Shown: positions 18,002 through 29,131, numbered from the stretch's first letter. The stretch: 39,044 nt of DNA from Ardenticatenales bacterium (GCA_039931375.1 JBDTSC010000003.1:1-39044), one strand, 5' to 3'. Numbers and translations are program-made. Notes: generated by a model from the letters alone, not told the origin.

Positions 18002-19273
18002 ATGAGCGCCAGCGCGTTCAACGCTCCGCCGAGCATCCCGTCCGCGCTCGATCCGCCCGATCGGCTCGCGCTCGCCCGCGACGTCGGCCGTCTTGCCGTC
18101 GGCGCCGCCCTCGGCCTGCCGGACGACGCCTTGGTTCGCCGTGTCGCCGAGCGCCTCGGAGGTCGGACGGGCGCGGCGGCCGAGGCTTTCGGTCGCTGGG
18201 CCGAGCAGGAGGGGGTCGCGGCCCTCATCGCGCCCAGTCTCAGGCGCCGCGTTGGGCCGGACCGCGTGTCGGCGGTCATCCCGGATCTCCTGGACGACAC
18301 CGCTCGGCGCGTGGCGTTGCGCGCTTTGGCGCTCTCGGACGACCGCGCCCGATCGCAGTCGGCGCTCGCGGCCGAGGGCGTGCCGTGGCGACCGATCAAG
18401 GGGGCGTGGCTGGCCGACAACGCCTACCGCAGCCCTGACGTCCGGCCGATGGCGGACACGGATGTGTTCGTGCCCGGCGCGATGCTCGCGGCCGCGGACC
18501 GCGCGCTCACCTCGCTGGGCTACGCGCGCGGAGTACAGAGCTGGAAGCACATCGTCTACCGCCGCCCGGGCGAAGCGGTCGTCGATCCGCGCGGCGAGCA
18601 TGTGGACAACCCTCGCCCGATGGAGGTTCATCCGCGCTGGGGCGATGCGTTCCGCGGCGTGTGGCTCGACGTCGGCGCGATGGACGGCGAGCGGCTTGGC
18701 GGTCCGCCGTATGCCTGTGCCGAGCCGTGGCCTGACCGCGCGGCGATGATGATCCATGTCGCCGCTCACGCGACGGTGGACGCGCTCGGCCGTCGGCTGC
18801 GGCTGTTGGCGCTGGTCGATGCGGCGGTCCTGGCCGCCCAGCTCACCGCGGCCGAATGGCAGGCCGTGCGGCGCTCCGCCGGCAACGCCCGCGCCGCGCG
18901 CTTCGTCTGGCCAGCGTTGGCGCTGGCGCGGCGCGATCTGGGCGCGGCGATCCCCGACGATGTGCTGGCCACGCTGGCCGGCCACGTGCGTCCCGCGTTA
19001 CGACGCTGGCTGGACGATGTGGACGTCGACTGTGTGGGCCGCCATGGGGCGGGGGCCCGCCGCTCGTTCTTCGAGGTGCCGCGGATCTGGCCGATCGACG
19101 CCCGCGAGCGGCGAACGGTCTGGCGATGGATCCTCTGGCCGCCGCGCGCGGCGCTCGTGGATCGCGAGCCGCGCTGGGCTTCGTCGGCGCTCTGGCCGAT
19201 GGCGTATGCGCGACACACCGTGTTTCTCGGACGTGGCGCATGTCGCCGGCTGCGGCAGCGTCGTGGGGCTTGA
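18002..19273 (+). CDS. Nucleotidyltransferase family protein (NTP_transf_5-like)
   Basis: PIKGAWLADNAY...RPMADTDVFV, LGY, MEVH, IHVAAHA and LLALVD motifs. Start uncertain. Confidence 0.8.
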   Translation: MSASAFNAPPSIPSALDPPDRLALARDVGRLAVGAALGLPDDALVRRVAERLGGRTGAAAEAFGRWAEQEGVAALIAPSLRRRVGPDRVSAVIPDLLDDTARRVALRALALSDDRARSQSALAAEGVPWRPIKGAWLADNAYRSPDVRPMADTDVFVPGAMLAAADRALTSLGYARGVQSWKHIVYRRPGEAVVDPRGEHVDNPRPMEVHPRWGDAFRGVWLDVGAMDGERLGGPPYACAEPWPDRAAMMIHVAAHATVDALGRRLRLLALVDAAVLAAQLTAAEWQAVRRSAGNARAARFVWPALALARRDLGAAIPDDVLATLAGHVRPALRRWLDDVDVDCVGRHGAGARRSFFEVPRIWPIDARERRTVWRWILWPPRAALVDREPRWASSALWPMAYARHTVFLGRGACRRLRQRRGA

Positions 19274-19327
19274 GCGGAAGCCTTCGCGGTCGAGGCGATC
19301 GGACGGTCTGCGCAGCGCTGATCTCGG

Positions 19328-20053
19328 TCAGACGCCGCGGTGCAGCGGCCCGGCGACAGCGTCCCGCAGGACGTCGATTCGCAGGATCGTCCAATACTCA
19401 ATGCCCCGTTCGATGACGTGCTCCAGCTGGTAGGTCTCCATGATCCGTTGCGCGACGGACGGGCTCTCCAGCACCGCGATGGAGGCGATGTCCTCGTAGC
19501 TGAGCGCAGCCTTGATCAGTCTGCCACCGCCTTCGGCCGGCACGCCGTGCCGATGGTCGTACTGCAGCAGCACTTTGGCTACCTTGCCGGCCGGACTTCG
19601 CGTGTCCGACAGCTTGTCGTTCATGCGCCGCACCATCTCCGCCAGGGTGTGCAGCACAGCGTCCAGCGCGGAACGCTCGCCGTGGATCAACTCCATGAAG
19701 TCGTCGCGGTGCAACCGGAGCAGCTTCGTGTCCGCGACGGCCGTCGCCGTCGCGCTCCGCGGCTCGCCGTCGATGAGCGCCAACTCCCCGAACGGCTCGT
19801 CGGCGTAGACGGTGTCGAGCGTCAACGGCTGCCCGGTCTGCGATTCGACGGTGATCCGCACCTCGCCGTCCTCCACGATGTAGAGCGCGTTGCCCGGATC
19901 GCCATGTTGGAACACCACCTCGCCGGCGCTCAGCGTGCGGTGCTGGGTCCGACCGGCCAACCAGGCGATCTGCGCTTCGGACAGGCCGGACGACAGAAAC
20001 GAGCGGCGAAGGGCAGCGGCGTCATCGGACATGCGCTTCATCTCCACGGGCAT
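19328..20053 (-). CDS. Crp/Fnr-family cNMP-binding regulator
   Basis: cNMP domain GEVVFQHGDPGNALYIVEDGEV...FGELALIDGEPRSATATA and a C-terminal HTH-like region. The start could be 20053, 20041 or 20032. Confidence 0.85.
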   Translation of the reverse strand: MPVEMKRMSDDAAALRRSFLSSGLSEAQIAWLAGRTQHRTLSAGEVVFQHGDPGNALYIVEDGEVRITVESQTGQPLTLDTVYADEPFGELALIDGEPRSATATAVADTKLLRLHRDDFMELIHGERSALDAVLHTLAEMVRRMNDKLSDTRSPAGKVAKVLLQYDHRHGVPAEGGGRLIKAALSYEDIASIAVLESPSVAQRIMETYQLEHVIERGIEYWTILRIDVLRDAVAGPLHRGV

Positions 20054-20108
20054 GACGAAGGGGGCGTAGGCGGTCGAACGAACCGCACCACCGCGCATTG
20101 TGCGAGGT

Positions 20109-21293
20109 TCAGCCATCGAGCGCAAGCGCATCGCGGTGTCCAGCGGCGGCGGCGACGTAGATTCGCGCCGTCGCGGTGGACGCCTCTTCGGCGGTGCGGG
20201 ACCAGGCGGAACGGCGGCCGGCGTCGCTGAGGGCCGCCCGCAGCCGTGGATCGCGGCCCATCGTCACGAGGTGCGCGGCGAGCGTTCGCGCGTCCGCTGG
20301 ATCGGCGACGAGTGCGCCGCTCTGCCCCGCTTCAGGCAGCCCGCCGCGGTCGGATCGGACGACCGGACAGCCGCACGCCAGCGCCTCCAGCGCCGTCAGC
20401 CCGAAGCCCTCGTGCTGCCCGACGCAGGCCGTCAACTCCGCGCCGGCGTACAGCGCGTGCAGCGCGCCATCGTCCATCTCGCCCAACCAGCGCACCCGCT
20501 CCGCCACGCCGAGTCGTGACGCGATCTCGCGCACCTGCGCGTCGCGATCGCCCGGCGGGCCGACGAGGGCGAGCGCGGGCGGCGGGCCGGGCAGGGCCGG
20601 CAGGGCCAGCGCGAACGCTTCGACCAGCACGTCGACGCGCTTGCGGGCGGTGCAGCCCCCGACGTGGAGCCACCAGCGCTCTCCGACCGCCGCCCGGACG
20701 ATGGGTTCCAGGGGGGGCGGCGCCGTGCGCCAGCGGTCTGCGACGCCCGGCCGGACGACCGCGATCCGAGCGGCGGCGCGCGGCCATCGGCGCCGCACCG
20801 CCGTCGCGGTCGACTCCGAAACGCAGATCAGGCGGTCGGCCCTCGGGATCGACGCGCGCAGCCAAAGGCCGGCCAGCACGCGCTCGCGCAGCGGAAACGC
20901 TTCGGGCGCATCGAGCAGCCATACGTCGTGCACCGTGACGACGCTGGGCGTGCGCGACCCGAGCGCCGAGCGGCCGGTGGTGTAGTGGGCGACGCGTACG
21001 GGTGGCCGCACGCGTGCCGGGACTTCGGCCTGCAACCAGAGCATGGTTGGCCGATGGAGGACGGGGCGAGGCGCCGCAGCGCACGGGATACCGATGCCCG
21101 AAGCGGCGTCCATCTCCGCCGTACGCCATGCCTCCCATGCCGCCGGTCGGTTCGTCAACGGCAGGACGATCAATGGGCGGCCCGCCGACCGATCGGGCAG
21201 ATGGGCGATCAGGTCCGTGACATATCGACCGACGCCGCCCGTCGCGCGCCGCACCGGGCTCACGTCGATCGCGACGGTGAGCGGTCGCGTCAA
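20109..21293 (-). CDS. GT-B glycosyltransferase, family 4
   Basis: TTG overlaps the rpiA stop (TTGA). VAIDV...GGVGRY, VVTVHD, ICVSESTA, RKRV and EGFGLTALEALACGCPV. Confidence 0.9.
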   Translation of the reverse strand: MTRPLTVAIDVSPVRRATGGVGRYVTDLIAHLPDRSAGRPLIVLPLTNRPAAWEAWRTAEMDAASGIGIPCAAAPRPVLHRPTMLWLQAEVPARVRPPVRVAHYTTGRSALGSRTPSVVTVHDVWLLDAPEAFPLRERVLAGLWLRASIPRADRLICVSESTATAVRRRWPRAAARIAVVRPGVADRWRTAPPPLEPIVRAAVGERWWLHVGGCTARKRVDVLVEAFALALPALPGPPPALALVGPPGDRDAQVREIASRLGVAERVRWLGEMDDGALHALYAGAELTACVGQHEGFGLTALEALACGCPVVRSDRGGLPEAGQSGALVADPADARTLAAHLVTMGRDPRLRAALSDAGRRSAWSRTAEEASTATARIYVAAAAGHRDALALDG

Positions 21294-22012
21294 CGGCGCC
21301 GCCGCATCTCGCGCACGCCGCCCGGTTGGGCGATGAGGGCGAGATCGGCCAGCCCAAGGAACAGCCCCGTGGCGACGACGCCAGGCCGGTCCCGGAGCGC
21401 CGTCTCGACGCCGGCCGCGTCGGCGATGCCGTCCGGGAAGCGGCAGTCCAAGAGCAACAGGCCGTCGTCCGTGACGACCGCCTCGCCATCCGGGCCCGTG
21501 CGAAGCGTCGGCTCCGCGCCGAGGGCGCGCATGGCAGCCAGATGCGTCTGCCACGCGAACGGGATCACGGCTACCGGCAGCGGGGCGCGCGTGCCCAGCC
21601 GCTGCACGCACTTGCTCTGGTCCGCGACGACGACGAACCGCGCCGCGGCGCGGGCGACGAGTTTCTCGCGCAGCAGCGCCGCGCCAAGGCCCTTGATCAG
21701 GTCCAGCGACGGGTCGATCTCGTCGGCGCCGTCGATCGCCAGGTCGAGCGCCGGACGCTCGGCGAGCGTGGCCAACGGGATGCCGACCGCCTGCGCGAGG
21801 GTCGTCGTCCGCTCGGACGACGGCACGGCGACGATGTCGTTCAGCTCGCCGTCCGCAAGCCGCCGCCCGATCGCGCGGGTCGCCCAGTCGGCCGTCGAGC
21901 CGGTGCCGAGGCCGAGCCGCATGCCGGAGACCACGAGCGCCGCGGCCGCCTCGCCGGCGGCGCGCTTGGCGGCATCCAGTGATCCGCCGTCCGCTCGCGG
22001 CGGAGTCGTCAT
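21290..22012 (-). CDS. rpiA: Ribose-5-phosphate isomerase A
   Basis: GLGTGST, DGADEID, IKGLGAALLREK and VTDDG..LLD motifs. Confidence 0.96.
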   Translation of the reverse strand: MTTPPRADGGSLDAAKRAAGEAAAALVVSGMRLGLGTGSTADWATRAIGRRLADGELNDIVAVPSSERTTTLAQAVGIPLATLAERPALDLAIDGADEIDPSLDLIKGLGAALLREKLVARAAARFVVVADQSKCVQRLGTRAPLPVAVIPFAWQTHLAAMRALGAEPTLRTGPDGEAVVTDDGLLLLDCRFPDGIADAAGVETALRDRPGVVATGLFLGLADLALIAQPGGVREMRRRR

Positions 22013-22051
22013 CGGGCCGGCGCGGGGAACTGGTCTGTGGCCATGGTCGCC

Positions 22052-22060
22052 AGTATAACA
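22052..22060 (-). promoter_or_regulatory. Putative extended -10 promoter for rpiA
   Basis: The minus strand reads TGtTATACT in the divergent rpiA/alaX gap, about 40 nt upstream of the rpiA ATG. Confidence 0.5.
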
Positions 22061-22115
22061 CCGGCCCTGGGTACCCGGTTTGATCGGCCCGGCCGTAGCA
22101 GCAATGGAGAACGAA

Positions 22116-23393
22116 ATGGACGATCCCGACGCGGCGGCCTACACGCGCGACGCGTACCAGACCGAGATCGACACCCAGGTCGTCGACACGGGTCGTGATG
22201 CGCGCGGTCGGTGGGTCGCGTGCGCCGACACCGTGCTCTACCCGGAGGGCGGCGGACAGCCGGCGGACCACGGCGCACTGGACGGCCGGCCGATCGTCGA
22301 CGTCCAGCGCGTCGATCACGTCGTGCGGCACTACCTGGCCGCCGCAGATGCGTCCCCCGAGGTGGGTTCGACGGTCCGGCTGACCCTGGATTGGAGGCGC
22401 CGCTTCGATCACATGCAGCAGCACAGTGCCCAACATGCTCTTACCGCCGTCGCCGCGGACCGCTTTGGTTGGTCGACGACGGCGTTCCACCTGGGCGACC
22501 ACACGGCGGACATCGAGCTGGACACCGCGGCGATCGGCGGGGCGGCGCTGGAGTCCCTGGCCGAGGCCCTGGCCGCCGAGCTGCGCGCTGGGCGCGCGAT
22601 CCGCGCCTCATTCGTGTCCACGGACGATGCCGCGCACCATGGGGCTCGCTCGCGTGGGCTGCCGGAAGGGCACATCGGACCCGTGCGGCTTGTCACGATC
22701 GACGGGCTCGACGTGTCGACGTGCGGCGGCACGCACGTTTCGAACACGGCCGAGATCGAAGGGATCGCGCTGCTCGGCACAGAGCGAATGCGCGGCGGTG
22801 TTCGCCTGCATTGGGTGGCCGGCGGGCGCGTCCGCCGACGCCTTGCGGCGGACGAGGCGCGGCTGTCCGGGCTGCGGCGCGGGCTCGGGGCGCCGGACGA
22901 TGGCCTCGAAGCGGCGCTCACGGCGCGGCTCGAGCGGTTGGCGCAGGCCGAACATCGCGTCGCCGATCTCGAGAGCGAGATCGCCCGCCTGGCCGCGCGA
23001 TCGCTGTTGAACGCGCTCGCGGGCGAGGCGCCGGATGTGCGGACGGGCCGCGTGCTGTGCCTTGGGCACGACGTCCGCTGGACGCGGGCGCAGCTGCTCC
23101 TCGTGGCGAAGTGCGTGCGCGAAGGAGCGCCGACGGCGCTCGTCATCCTCAGCGCCGGCGCCGCTCCGAACGGGCACCTGGTCGTGGCGGCGGACGGCGA
23201 CGTCTCCGACGCCCGCCTGGCGCGCGTCGCAGGCGCGGTCGCGGCGTGGCTTGGCGGTCGCGGCGGCGGTCGAAACGGGTTGCATCAAGGCGCCGTCGCC
23301 GCGCCGGAACGCCTGGCCGGCGCGGTGGGGCGGCAAGACTGTAGCTTCGTCGTCGCGTCAGCCTGGTCCGATTCGTCAGGAAATAGCGCCTAG
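22116..23393 (+). CDS. Alanyl-tRNA editing protein AlaX (long form, DHHA1-like C-terminus)
   Basis: YPEGGGQPAD, HMQQHSAQH and TCGGTHV zinc motifs, and C-terminal GGRGGG. ATG 22116 is preceded by GGAG (alternative start 22104). Confidence 0.9.
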   Translation: MDDPDAAAYTRDAYQTEIDTQVVDTGRDARGRWVACADTVLYPEGGGQPADHGALDGRPIVDVQRVDHVVRHYLAAADASPEVGSTVRLTLDWRRRFDHMQQHSAQHALTAVAADRFGWSTTAFHLGDHTADIELDTAAIGGAALESLAEALAAELRAGRAIRASFVSTDDAAHHGARSRGLPEGHIGPVRLVTIDGLDVSTCGGTHVSNTAEIEGIALLGTERMRGGVRLHWVAGGRVRRRLAADEARLSGLRRGLGAPDDGLEAALTARLERLAQAEHRVADLESEIARLAARSLLNALAGEAPDVRTGRVLCLGHDVRWTRAQLLLVAKCVREGAPTALVILSAGAAPNGHLVVAADGDVSDARLARVAGAVAAWLGGRGGGRNGLHQGAVAAPERLAGAVGRQDCSFVVASAWSDSSGNSA

Positions 23394-23394
23394 C

Positions 23395-23424
23395 TTGCTT
23401 GCGGGTTTACGAATTTATTACACT
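23395..23424 (+). promoter_or_regulatory. Putative sigma70 promoter for the large repeat protein
   Basis: TTGCTT-18 nt-TACACT in a locally AT-rich patch. Confidence 0.45.
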
Positions 23425-23537
23425 TCCGCACGATGGCCGGCTAGCTTGAGAGATTGGCGCGGAGTTATGGCTGCCTAGGTCATGTACCGCGGCCGTGCGT
23501 CGGCGCCGCTCCACCTGAACAGAAATGAGGCTTCGTG

Positions 23538-26500
23538 ATGCTCCCACCCACCGCGAAGCGTGCGTCGCGCACGCTGCTCCCCGCCTTGGCGCTGGCCCTG
23601 CTCGGCGCAGCGCAGGCGCCTTGGCACGCCCCGACGACGCCGGTGAAGGCGATGGTTCAGCTGCAGGCACCTCAGCCGGCCACCGCCATTCTGGCCGCCA
23701 TGCACGACAACGCGCTGACATGGCGAACGACGCCGGCGACCGCGGTCACCGCCCAACTGCGCGAAGGCACGACGGTGCGTGGACAGGGCCAGCCGGCCGT
23801 GTCGGACGCGCAGGGCAACGTGCGCATTCAATTCTTCGGCGGCGGCGGTCCCGGCGGCGGCATGGGCAGCCGGGGCGCGTTCATCAACTCGGGCTACACG
23901 ATCGCTTTGACGCCCGCGGGTGGTCAGGAGCTGACGGCGACGATCCCCGATCTGTCGGCTGACATCGACATCGACGGCGACAAGATCGTCGGCAAGGCGC
24001 CGGCGGGCGCGATGATCGACGTCGTGCTCAACGCAGGGCCCGGCGTGACAGGGGCGATGACGAGCACGGTGACGGCCGCCGCGGACGGCTCGTTCAGCGC
24101 GAGCTTTGGGGGCGTGGACCTGTTGCCCGGAAATGCGGGCGAAGCGTGGTTCAGCGGCCCGGACGGCAACCGCTACGCGGCCCGCTTCGCGGCGCTCGAG
24201 GCAAGCGTGAGCATCGGCGCCCGCAACGTGACCGGGTCCGCCACGCCGGGTGACCGCGTGAACGTACGGTTCAGTACCGGCGGCGCGTCGCGTGGCCAGG
24301 CGGCGGTCGCGACCGTCCGGCCCGGCACGACGTGGGCGGTCGGCGGCGGCGGGGGCGGCGGGGGCGGGGGCGGCGGCGGCGGACCGAACGGGCTGCAGGC
24401 CCTTCGCGTCGGCGATACGGTCAGCGTCACCGTGACGAGCGCGCTGACCGGCGGCACCCGCAACATGATCGGCGTTGTGCCCGACGTCAAGATCGACCAG
24501 GTGTCGCAGGGCGAGCGCAAGGTGGTCGGACATGCGCCGGCCGGCACCGTGCTCTCGATCGTGGCCGTCTCTCCCTACGGTGACGCGACCGCACCGGCGA
24601 CGGCGACGGCTGCGGGCGATGGGACGTTCAGCGCCACGTTGTCGGGCACGGATCCGATCGGCCCCGGCTGGCGCATCCAGGTGTCGGCGCAGATCGTGCC
24701 GGGCTTGTCCGTGCTATCTGTCAATGCGATCGATCAGGTGCGCGTCGGCGTTCATACCGGCGTGGTCAGCGGCGTCGCCGACCCGGGCGTACCGGTAACG
24801 GTGACGCTCCGGTCTGGCGCTGGCGTCGAGAAGGCCACGCAGTCGGATCGCTCGAACAACGCCGGGACGTTCAGCCTGCAGTTCGGCGGCCAGAACGGCA
24901 TCGTCGTCGGCGACCGCGTCGAGGTGACGTTCATCGATGGGGATCCGATCATCATCCCGGTCAGCGATCTGACCGCGATGACGGACAAAGTGGCCGACAC
25001 CGTCTCCGGCAGCGCGCTGGCCGGATCGACCGTGACCGTGATGTACCGCCAAGGGGGTCAGAACGGCCAGGTGACACGTCGTACGGCTGTCGCCAACGCC
25101 TCAGGGCAGTACCGAGTCGACTTCAGCGGCGTGCTGGACCTGAACGACCCGATGGCCGGCGAGGTCGCGGTGCGGCTGGCCAGCGGACACGAGCTCGTGA
25201 CGAACTGGGCCGCCGTGCGGATGACGTTGCAGCTCAACCAGTCGTTCGTCACCGGCAATGGGCCGGCCGGCCGATCCGCGCACGTCGATCTGATCGACAC
25301 CCCCAGCGGCAACGTCGTGGCGTCGGCGGATTCGAACATCGGTGGCGGCGGCGGCGGCGGCTTCGGCCAAGGCGGCGGCGGCGGTGGGTTCGGCGGCAAC
25401 TGGTTCGCCAACCTCGTCGATACGACGGATCAGCCGGTGATGGTGCGCGCTGGGGACACGCTGCGGGCGACGGTCGGCGACGACGCGTTCACGCTGGTCG
25501 TGCCCGAGCTGCGCGGCGTGGCATTCGTCGCGGACGACGTGATCAACGGCGAGACCGCGCCCAACCGGGTCGTCTCGATCGCGGTCTTCCGGCCGCTGAT
25601 CAACGGTGTCAACGCCCGGGCGGAGACGACCGCGGACAACGCGGGCACGTTCACCTACGACTTCAGCGGTACGTTCGATCTACAGCACAACGACAGCCTT
25701 ACGTTCTCGGTGGACGAGAGCGGGCACACGATCAACAGCCAGATCTTCGTGCCCGGCTTGCGCCTCAACCTGGACACCGGCGTCCTGGCCGGCTCCTGGC
25801 ATCCGACGAGCAATGTGGCGATCACGGTCCTGTCCGGCGGGCAGACGATCTTCACGGGCAGCGCCAAGACGGACATCCAGGCGCTCTTCACCGTCACGCT
25901 AGCCGATGGGTCCGGTGCGCCGCTGCGGCTCAAGCAGGGCGACATCGTGCGCGTGGTGCCCGCGGGTGCGGACGCATCGGAGACGCTCGAGATGGAGATC
26001 CCCGAGCTGAGCGTGGCGTTCGACGAGCAGGCGGAGAGCGTTTCCGGCCGGGCGACCGTCGGCGGCCACCTTGAGCTGAACGTCGGCGATGCGATCGCCC
26101 GTCCGGGCGGCGGCGGCGGGCCGGGCGGCGGGGGCGGCGGCGGCCAGCGGAACGCGGAGCCGACGATCAACGCGGACGGCACGTGGACCCAGACGTTCCA
26201 GCGGCCGGCGTACAACGTCCAGCCCGGCACGTACGCCCAGGCGATCTACCGCGTGCCGATCGGGCACCGCGTGCAGATGGTGCGCTACGTGCCGATCCTG
26301 GTCGCGCAGCAGGGTGGCAGCCACGTCTGCGGCCTGGTCGGCGCGCCGCGCGATGCCGTGACGTCCGACTTGGCGGACGCGGGGGGCGCCAGCTTGGCGT
26401 CCGCCGGCGGCGCCGCCGGCTACACGTCGCAGTTCGACTTCGAGTGGGCCAAGGGCGGCCAGACCGTGAACAGCGCCGCCGGCCAGGTCATCAAGGCCAA

Positions 26501-27380
26501 GCTTGGCGCGAAGGACGTGTCGATCACGCTGCCCGAGCTGACCGTGAGCGTGGACTGGACGACCGGCCAGGTCACGGGCAAGGCGCCCGCCACGACGATC
26601 GTGATGCGCGCGTTCCCGGCCGGCGGCTGCCTCAACCTCGGGCGCGGCGGCGTGCAGGCCGTGCGCAGCCAGGCGGACGGCACCTTCCAGTTCCCGCCGC
26701 TGCCGAACTTCCTGCGCGAACCGGGCGACGGCTTCGAGATCGGGATGTTCACGGCGGACGGCAACTACGTCTACAAGCACGCGTACCGCAACCAGGGCGA
26801 GGTATATGTCCACCACGATCGTGTCGCGGGGCGCGCGATCCCGGCCGCCGACGTGACCATCGTCGTGAAGGCCGCCGACGGCAGCGAGAAGGGCCGCGGG
26901 GTCGCGATCGCGGATGGCTCCGGGCAGTTCGACGTACGGGTGGTGGGCGCGGCCGGTGCGGTGAGCATCGAGCCGGGCGACACCGTGCACCTCGACGCCA
27001 GCGGCGACAGCGCCGACATCGCGGTGGACGAGCTCGACTTCGACTGGAGCCCCGGCGCCGCGAGTGCGATCCGCGGCACGACAACGCCCGACCGCCAGGT
27101 GCGCTTGTACCTGCGCCTGCGGAGCGGCCGGACGATCGCGTTCGACCGCGGCTCAGACACGAGCGGCGGCTTCGGCTTCGCGGCGGCAGACGTACCGCCG
27201 CGGGCGGACTGGTCGATGGGCGACGTCGTCGGCGTGCGGATCGAGACGGACACGGTGAACCGCCACATCCTCGTGGCGGAGGTCGGAGAGAGCGTCGGTC
27301 CGGTGCCGACGCCCACGCCGCCGCCCGCCACGGGCGTTGGCACGATCTACCTGCCGTTCGCCTACCGTTACAAGCGGTAG
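23538..27380 (+). CDS. Large secreted beta-sandwich repeat protein (S-layer/surface-protein candidate) with poly-Gly loops and C-terminal TIYLPFAYRYKR
   Basis: Signal peptide and about 7 repeats of 170-180 aa (IPDLS, VPDVK, VSDLT, VPELR, IPELS, LPELT, VDELD, each followed by ..V.G.A). G/T/V/A-rich, PTPTPPP linker, monocistronic with a strong terminator. Confidence 0.8.
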   Translation: MLPPTAKRASRTLLPALALALLGAAQAPWHAPTTPVKAMVQLQAPQPATAILAAMHDNALTWRTTPATAVTAQLREGTTVRGQGQPAVSDAQGNVRIQFFGGGGPGGGMGSRGAFINSGYTIALTPAGGQELTATIPDLSADIDIDGDKIVGKAPAGAMIDVVLNAGPGVTGAMTSTVTAAADGSFSASFGGVDLLPGNAGEAWFSGPDGNRYAARFAALEASVSIGARNVTGSATPGDRVNVRFSTGGASRGQAAVATVRPGTTWAVGGGGGGGGGGGGGGPNGLQALRVGDTVSVTVTSALTGGTRNMIGVVPDVKIDQVSQGERKVVGHAPAGTVLSIVAVSPYGDATAPATATAAGDGTFSATLSGTDPIGPGWRIQVSAQIVPGLSVLSVNAIDQVRVGVHTGVVSGVADPGVPVTVTLRSGAGVEKATQSDRSNNAGTFSLQFGGQNGIVVGDRVEVTFIDGDPIIIPVSDLTAMTDKVADTVSGSALAGSTVTVMYRQGGQNGQVTRRTAVANASGQYRVDFSGVLDLNDPMAGEVAVRLASGHELVTNWAAVRMTLQLNQSFVTGNGPAGRSAHVDLIDTPSGNVVASADSNIGGGGGGGFGQGGGGGGFGGNWFANLVDTTDQPVMVRAGDTLRATVGDDAFTLVVPELRGVAFVADDVINGETAPNRVVSIAVFRPLINGVNARAETTADNAGTFTYDFSGTFDLQHNDSLTFSVDESGHTINSQIFVPGLRLNLDTGVLAGSWHPTSNVAITVLSGGQTIFTGSAKTDIQALFTVTLADGSGAPLRLKQGDIVRVVPAGADASETLEMEIPELSVAFDEQAESVSGRATVGGHLELNVGDAIARPGGGGGPGGGGGGGQRNAEPTINADGTWTQTFQRPAYNVQPGTYAQAIYRVPIGHRVQMVRYVPILVAQQGGSHVCGLVGAPRDAVTSDLADAGGASLASAGGAAGYTSQFDFEWAKGGQTVNSAAGQVIKAKLGAKDVSITLPELTVSVDWTTGQVTGKAPATTIVMRAFPAGGCLNLGRGGVQAVRSQADGTFQFPPLPNFLREPGDGFEIGMFTADGNYVYKHAYRNQGEVYVHHDRVAGRAIPAADVTIVVKAADGSEKGRGVAIADGSGQFDVRVVGAAGAVSIEPGDTVHLDASGDSADIAVDELDFDWSPGAASAIRGTTTPDRQVRLYLRLRSGRTIAFDRGSDTSGGFGFAAADVPPRADWSMGDVVGVRIETDTVNRHILVAEVGESVGPVPTPTPPPATGVGTIYLPFAYRYKR

Positions 27381-27399
27381 GTCGGCGCACGAACGCAGA

Positions 27400-27438
27400 A
27401 ACGAGGGGGCCGGCGATTCGCCGGCCCCCTCGTTCTTT
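27400..27438. terminator. Rho-independent terminator, probably bidirectional
   Basis: Perfect 17-bp inverted repeat AACGAGGGGGCCGGCGA / TCGCCGGCCCCCTCGTT followed by CTTT, between convergent genes. Confidence 0.88.
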
Positions 27439-27511
27439 CGTACCGTGAGGGTCCGTTGTGCCTGGTGGGAAGGGCCGCTGGACGGGCCCGTTCCGCTACG
27501 GGATTACGGAT

Positions 27512-28924
<1,413 letters not shown>

Positions 28925-29131
28925 GCTACCTGTCGCTTGGTGCGGGCGGAGCGACGACCGAGGGCGCACCTCGAACGGTGCAGGACGGGCCTCGGGCGTC
29001 CGGCGGATCGGCGCTCACTGCCGGGTGGACATGGGATGCGCCAGGCAGTGCCCGGCGCCGCATGAGTGTATCCCTTTCGGCCGGGTCGGCAAGGCGCCGC
29101 GGCAAGCCAGAGTCGTCCGAAACATGGTGCA

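Noticed and set aside
18002-19273. Possible lasso-peptide/RiPP cluster, given the NTP_transf_5, transglutaminase-like and C39 genes
   Set aside because: No precursor, lasso cyclase, PqqD/RRE or transporter was seen. The transglutaminase is the membrane TgpA type and the C39 gene is about 15 kb away.
8333-22502. Very long ORF-track calls (8333..12682, 14250..16469, 16754..19273, 20109..22502) suggesting fusion proteins
   Set aside because: The N-terminal extensions are Arg/Pro/Gly-rich off-frame reads overlapping real genes. Stops are rare at this GC content, and better starts exist downstream.
27342-27380. C-terminal tails as LPXTG or PEP-CTERM signals
   Set aside because: No LPXTG or PEP sequence, no following transmembrane helix, and no sortase or exosortase in the window.
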